A stretch of 64,000 nucleotides of DNA from the IMG/VR virus record IMGVR_UViG_3300037852_000136, positions 1,665 through 65,664 of that record; one strand, 5' to 3'. Position 1 is the first letter of the stretch. Every line of letters starts with the position of its first letter. Made by a program: the position numbers and the translations under genes. Under the pieces are notes generated by a model. The model was not told the origin of the DNA. It saw nothing but the letters and a program-made list of their open reading frames with translations, and made no database searches. Shown in pieces: positions 62,701 through 64,000 of the stretch. Origin of the DNA: a virus. Its lineage: Duplodnaviria; Caudoviricetes.

Positions 62701-62929
62701 TGATGCCGGCGGGCGCGCTATGCTCGGGGCGTACTACAAGATGGTGCGCAACCTTTCGAACAACACGGCGCTGCTGCGTTGGATCGAGCGCGGCCTGAAG
62801 GGCGATCCGGTAGCGCGTGAGCGCTCGCGGTTGCAGGTAGAGCGCGCCATGCAGATGGGCGGGACCGTCGGGGCGGGGGCAACTGAATCGCTTGAGCAGG
62901 TGTCCAACGCACCCGGAGAAGGTCCCTAA
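59762..62929 (+). CDS. Large internal virion/DNA ejection protein
   Basis: 1055 aa; duplicated Y..x.PG..DP.GKTR.K; Gly-rich hydrophobic hairpin; long helical body. Confidence 0.68.
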   Translation: MTDTNTIDPKGTDAYFGPVTRRGAEAADALPDKPPTKIAGEDDYAALKPGTTFVDPDGKTRKKAYAVTDDASYEAVPEGEHYTDPEGKTRQKPKYEGIDVTAQTLYDMSINDKERQKALERSYPGKVKKKGDDFYVEDEGGVLRKPGRGPSAVGGFIASQVAPVGGAIGGSIGGAAVGSVAPGPGTVAGGIAGAAGGSALGQGFNDAILQLAGVYDRSGSEEAANLGEAAAFGAVGEGAGRAIAGAAPFIKGKIANTLPAAAAKFLGADPAGLEQAIGLSEKGVLVPPSGWAKEAPHIQNVVEVFDPAFHTQKPLLQSATEHYEESATNIAESVGAKPAGKFSDPQAAVSTEKAGESILGRTREESRIADENLRRALELRRGAASADLASKEVAAGSHMEALKRAEVESRKAAEAVIDEGFKHIQGDIDTAMKVAKAGGNSGDLWWNVGEKLKAVKQGIAARASKMYGEADALAGDHLPNVEGLSESAADFLAQLPEGFEGRYPSIVKQLRDLAGVEKPPQPPKPIVQDNQPRPPTVPKYDQAVQDQWFENELRTNFGTSSKALDAQSKLRGTSPDQMLDRLAQRLQLEAEAARWLKPPVKPTFGQLHEMRSIIRQNINYHDLTPGIREGVYKFFAKKVDEILHDPEAVPALKDASQALKLADAFYRENMRPLTDKNIQAVVSGLESGLPADPKNLFDTLVKEGRSDLTNKVKTLVGPNLWAGVKAADTQEMLDQAKTLVPGQIDGKRFARQVVDRVRSGMLEAVHGKEASAKLLEQAQRVAMLDGKLDISARPGDTITTIIGKARAAKEAAQAAAKADPLKTLSKEMQGIEREFAAERKKLQAIRSNDPLAFLYKPTTGASEAVDHILGKEDLILAAASKFGDKSPEFNMLRQVWVQRVLQGTLDPGKKLAGVSEEVQRIMFPGVSLDQMKTLAKEMDFLMSSRGVKTTATSMAAVSKVEHPWASIPGGKLAGKVLPGFDAGGRAMLGAYYKMVRNLSNNTALLRWIERGLKGDPVARERSRLQVERAMQMGGTVGAGATESLEQVSNAPGEGP

Positions 62930-63205
62930 ATGTTTGAAACCGACATCAAGAACCTGGCTTCCGCTATCGTGGCGCAGGCTCTCAAGGAAGGAACAAGTTT
63001 CCAAGATAAGGTGGACGCCTTCAAGGCGGTCACCACCTATTATGGCTTACTGCTGAAGAACCGGGACTCTGCTGACGCGGAGCAAGTTCCTGCTGGGCCT
63101 AGCTTCCTGGATTTCAGCGAGGCCGTAGCGGGAGACCAGGATGGCAGAAGCAAAGCGGTTCGAACTGGTTCAGGAAGACGAGCCCGCCCCCGAGCCGACA
63201 GCTAG
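62930..63205 (+). CDS. Hypothetical protein
   Basis: Starts directly after the upstream stop. Confidence 0.6.
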   Translation: MFETDIKNLASAIVAQALKEGTSFQDKVDAFKAVTTYYGLLLKNRDSADAEQVPAGPSFLDFSEAVAGDQDGRSKAVRTGSGRRARPRADS

Positions 63206-63431
63206 TTCACCACGCGACAGCGTGGCTACCGACTTTCTTCTTTTCTCCCTGCAAGCCCTCTCCAAGCGGACCCTCATTGCCCTCAGTAACCTCTTTTGCT
63301 TGCTGACGGTCGGCTCCGTGTTCGTGCTGTTCTACAGCATCGTTCCGTCCCCCAACGCCTTCCAAATCGTCTCCGCCACCATCTACGCCGTTTTCGTCCT
63401 GGCGGCGAACGCCATCGTGAGGAGAATGTGA
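63141..63431 (+). CDS. Small membrane protein (2 TM)
   Basis: Two hydrophobic helices; GGAG SD. Confidence 0.65.
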   Translation: MAEAKRFELVQEDEPAPEPTASSPRDSVATDFLLFSLQALSKRTLIALSNLFCLLTVGSVFVLFYSIVPSPNAFQIVSATIYAVFVLAANAIVRRM

Positions 63432-63826
63432 TGCGCTTCGTTGCCGCGTTTCTTTTAGGGCTTGTCCTGCTAACAGCGGGACCAGCTCTCGCCCAGCAAG
63501 GGCTCCCGCTCACAACCGTGTCGTCGCAGGTGGCTTCTGCCCCGCTGAAGCTGCCGGCCGTTGTGGCGTCCGGCAGATCGGTCGCGAGCTACGGCATTGT
63601 TGTTGCTCTCTCGTCCGGGGCAAGCCTGACCTACAGTGTCGAAGTGACGGCGGATCCGAACCCAAGCTCGACCGGAAACTGGGTGGCGCATGACGTGCTC
63701 GTCGCCAAGACCGCAAGCGCGGTCAGCAACATCGGCTACCCGATCACCGGCATCCGCCTCAACGTGACGACCTGGGCTTCCGGCACCGCGACCATGGGGG
63801 TGGCGCTATGGGGCGAAGTGCCGTGA
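63431..63826 (+). CDS. Exported beta-sandwich virion-type protein with signal peptide
   Basis: MRFVAAFLLGLVLLTAGPALA|Q; YSVEVTAD..W..YPITGIRLNVT. Confidence 0.72.
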   Translation: MRFVAAFLLGLVLLTAGPALAQQGLPLTTVSSQVASAPLKLPAVVASGRSVASYGIVVALSSGASLTYSVEVTADPNPSSTGNWVAHDVLVAKTASAVSNIGYPITGIRLNVTTWASGTATMGVALWGEVP

Positions 63827-64000
63827 ACTGGAGAGCCTGGGTTGCGAGTGGGCTGATTGCGCTGTGCGCCAGTTTGGCCCTCGCTCAATCCGGTCCGAAC
63901 GGCGGCATCGCTAAGCTGAACAACGGGATCGCCGGAAAAAACGGTGGAATCTCAGGTTCTACCGCTGGCATCTCCGGCCCTGGCGGGGGCATCTCCGGCC
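63823..64000 (+). CDS. Exported Gly-rich protein with signal peptide, 3' partial
   Basis: MNWRAWVASGLIALCASLALA|QSGPNGGIAKLNNGIAGKNGGISG...; open to window end. Confidence 0.6.
   Translation, partial: MNWRAWVASGLIALCASLALAQSGPNGGIAKLNNGIAGKNGGISGSTAGISGPGGGISG

Larger units (their letters stand above)
1..64000. mobile_element. Tailed dsDNA bacteriophage genome (most of it; probably podovirus-like, alphaproteobacterial host)
   Basis: TerL, portal, capsid, adaptors, ejection-type proteins, endolysin, PolA, primase-helicase; no host genes; no tape-measure or sheath gene seen. Confidence 0.93.

Noticed and set aside
59762-62929. Virion RNA polymerase or tape-measure protein
   Set aside because: No polymerase catalytic motifs seen; no tail tube or chaperone genes; context fits an ejection protein
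1-64000. tRNA/rRNA genes or stop-codon reassignment
   Set aside because: No cloverleaf or rRNA-like sequence recognised; core genes are intact under the standard code and use all three stop codons

Overview
The window is most of the genome of a tailed dsDNA phage, probably short-tailed (podovirus-like) with an alphaproteobacterial host. It has no host housekeeping genes, tRNAs, CRISPR array or large integrase. Gene order: (1) 1-10.3 kb, apparently continuing from 63.4-64 kb, an array of tail-fibre, tailspike, lectin and glycosidase-like genes; (2) 10.3-13.5 kb, lysis (GH25 endolysin, holin-like and coiled-coil membrane proteins); (3) 13.6-25.8 kb, a minus-strand arm with small accessory genes, an SSB/annealing-like protein, SNF2 helicase, VRR-NUC, PD-(D/E)xK nuclease, family A DNA polymerase and HTH regulators; (4) 26-28.7 kb, primase-VapE helicase and an iteron-like origin; (5) 28.7-31 kb, promoter-gene-terminator early units; (6) 31.5-42.6 kb, PAPS-reductase-like protein, DHH phosphoesterase, RHH regulator, three glycosyltransferases, FkbM methyltransferase, serine resolvase and KTSC; (7) 42.6-63.4 kb, terminase, portal, scaffold, capsid, adaptors, nozzle and ejection proteins. 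The most striking observation is that nearly all receptor-binding-type proteins carry Sec-type signal peptides and paired cysteines, which implies extracytoplasmic folding or assembly. Also notable are a short repeat marking the junctions of a cassette-like array of small genes, a dispersed GC hairpin family, two distinct promoter-embedded operator motifs and a glycosylation cluster. All assignments come from motif recognition by eye; no database searches were run.
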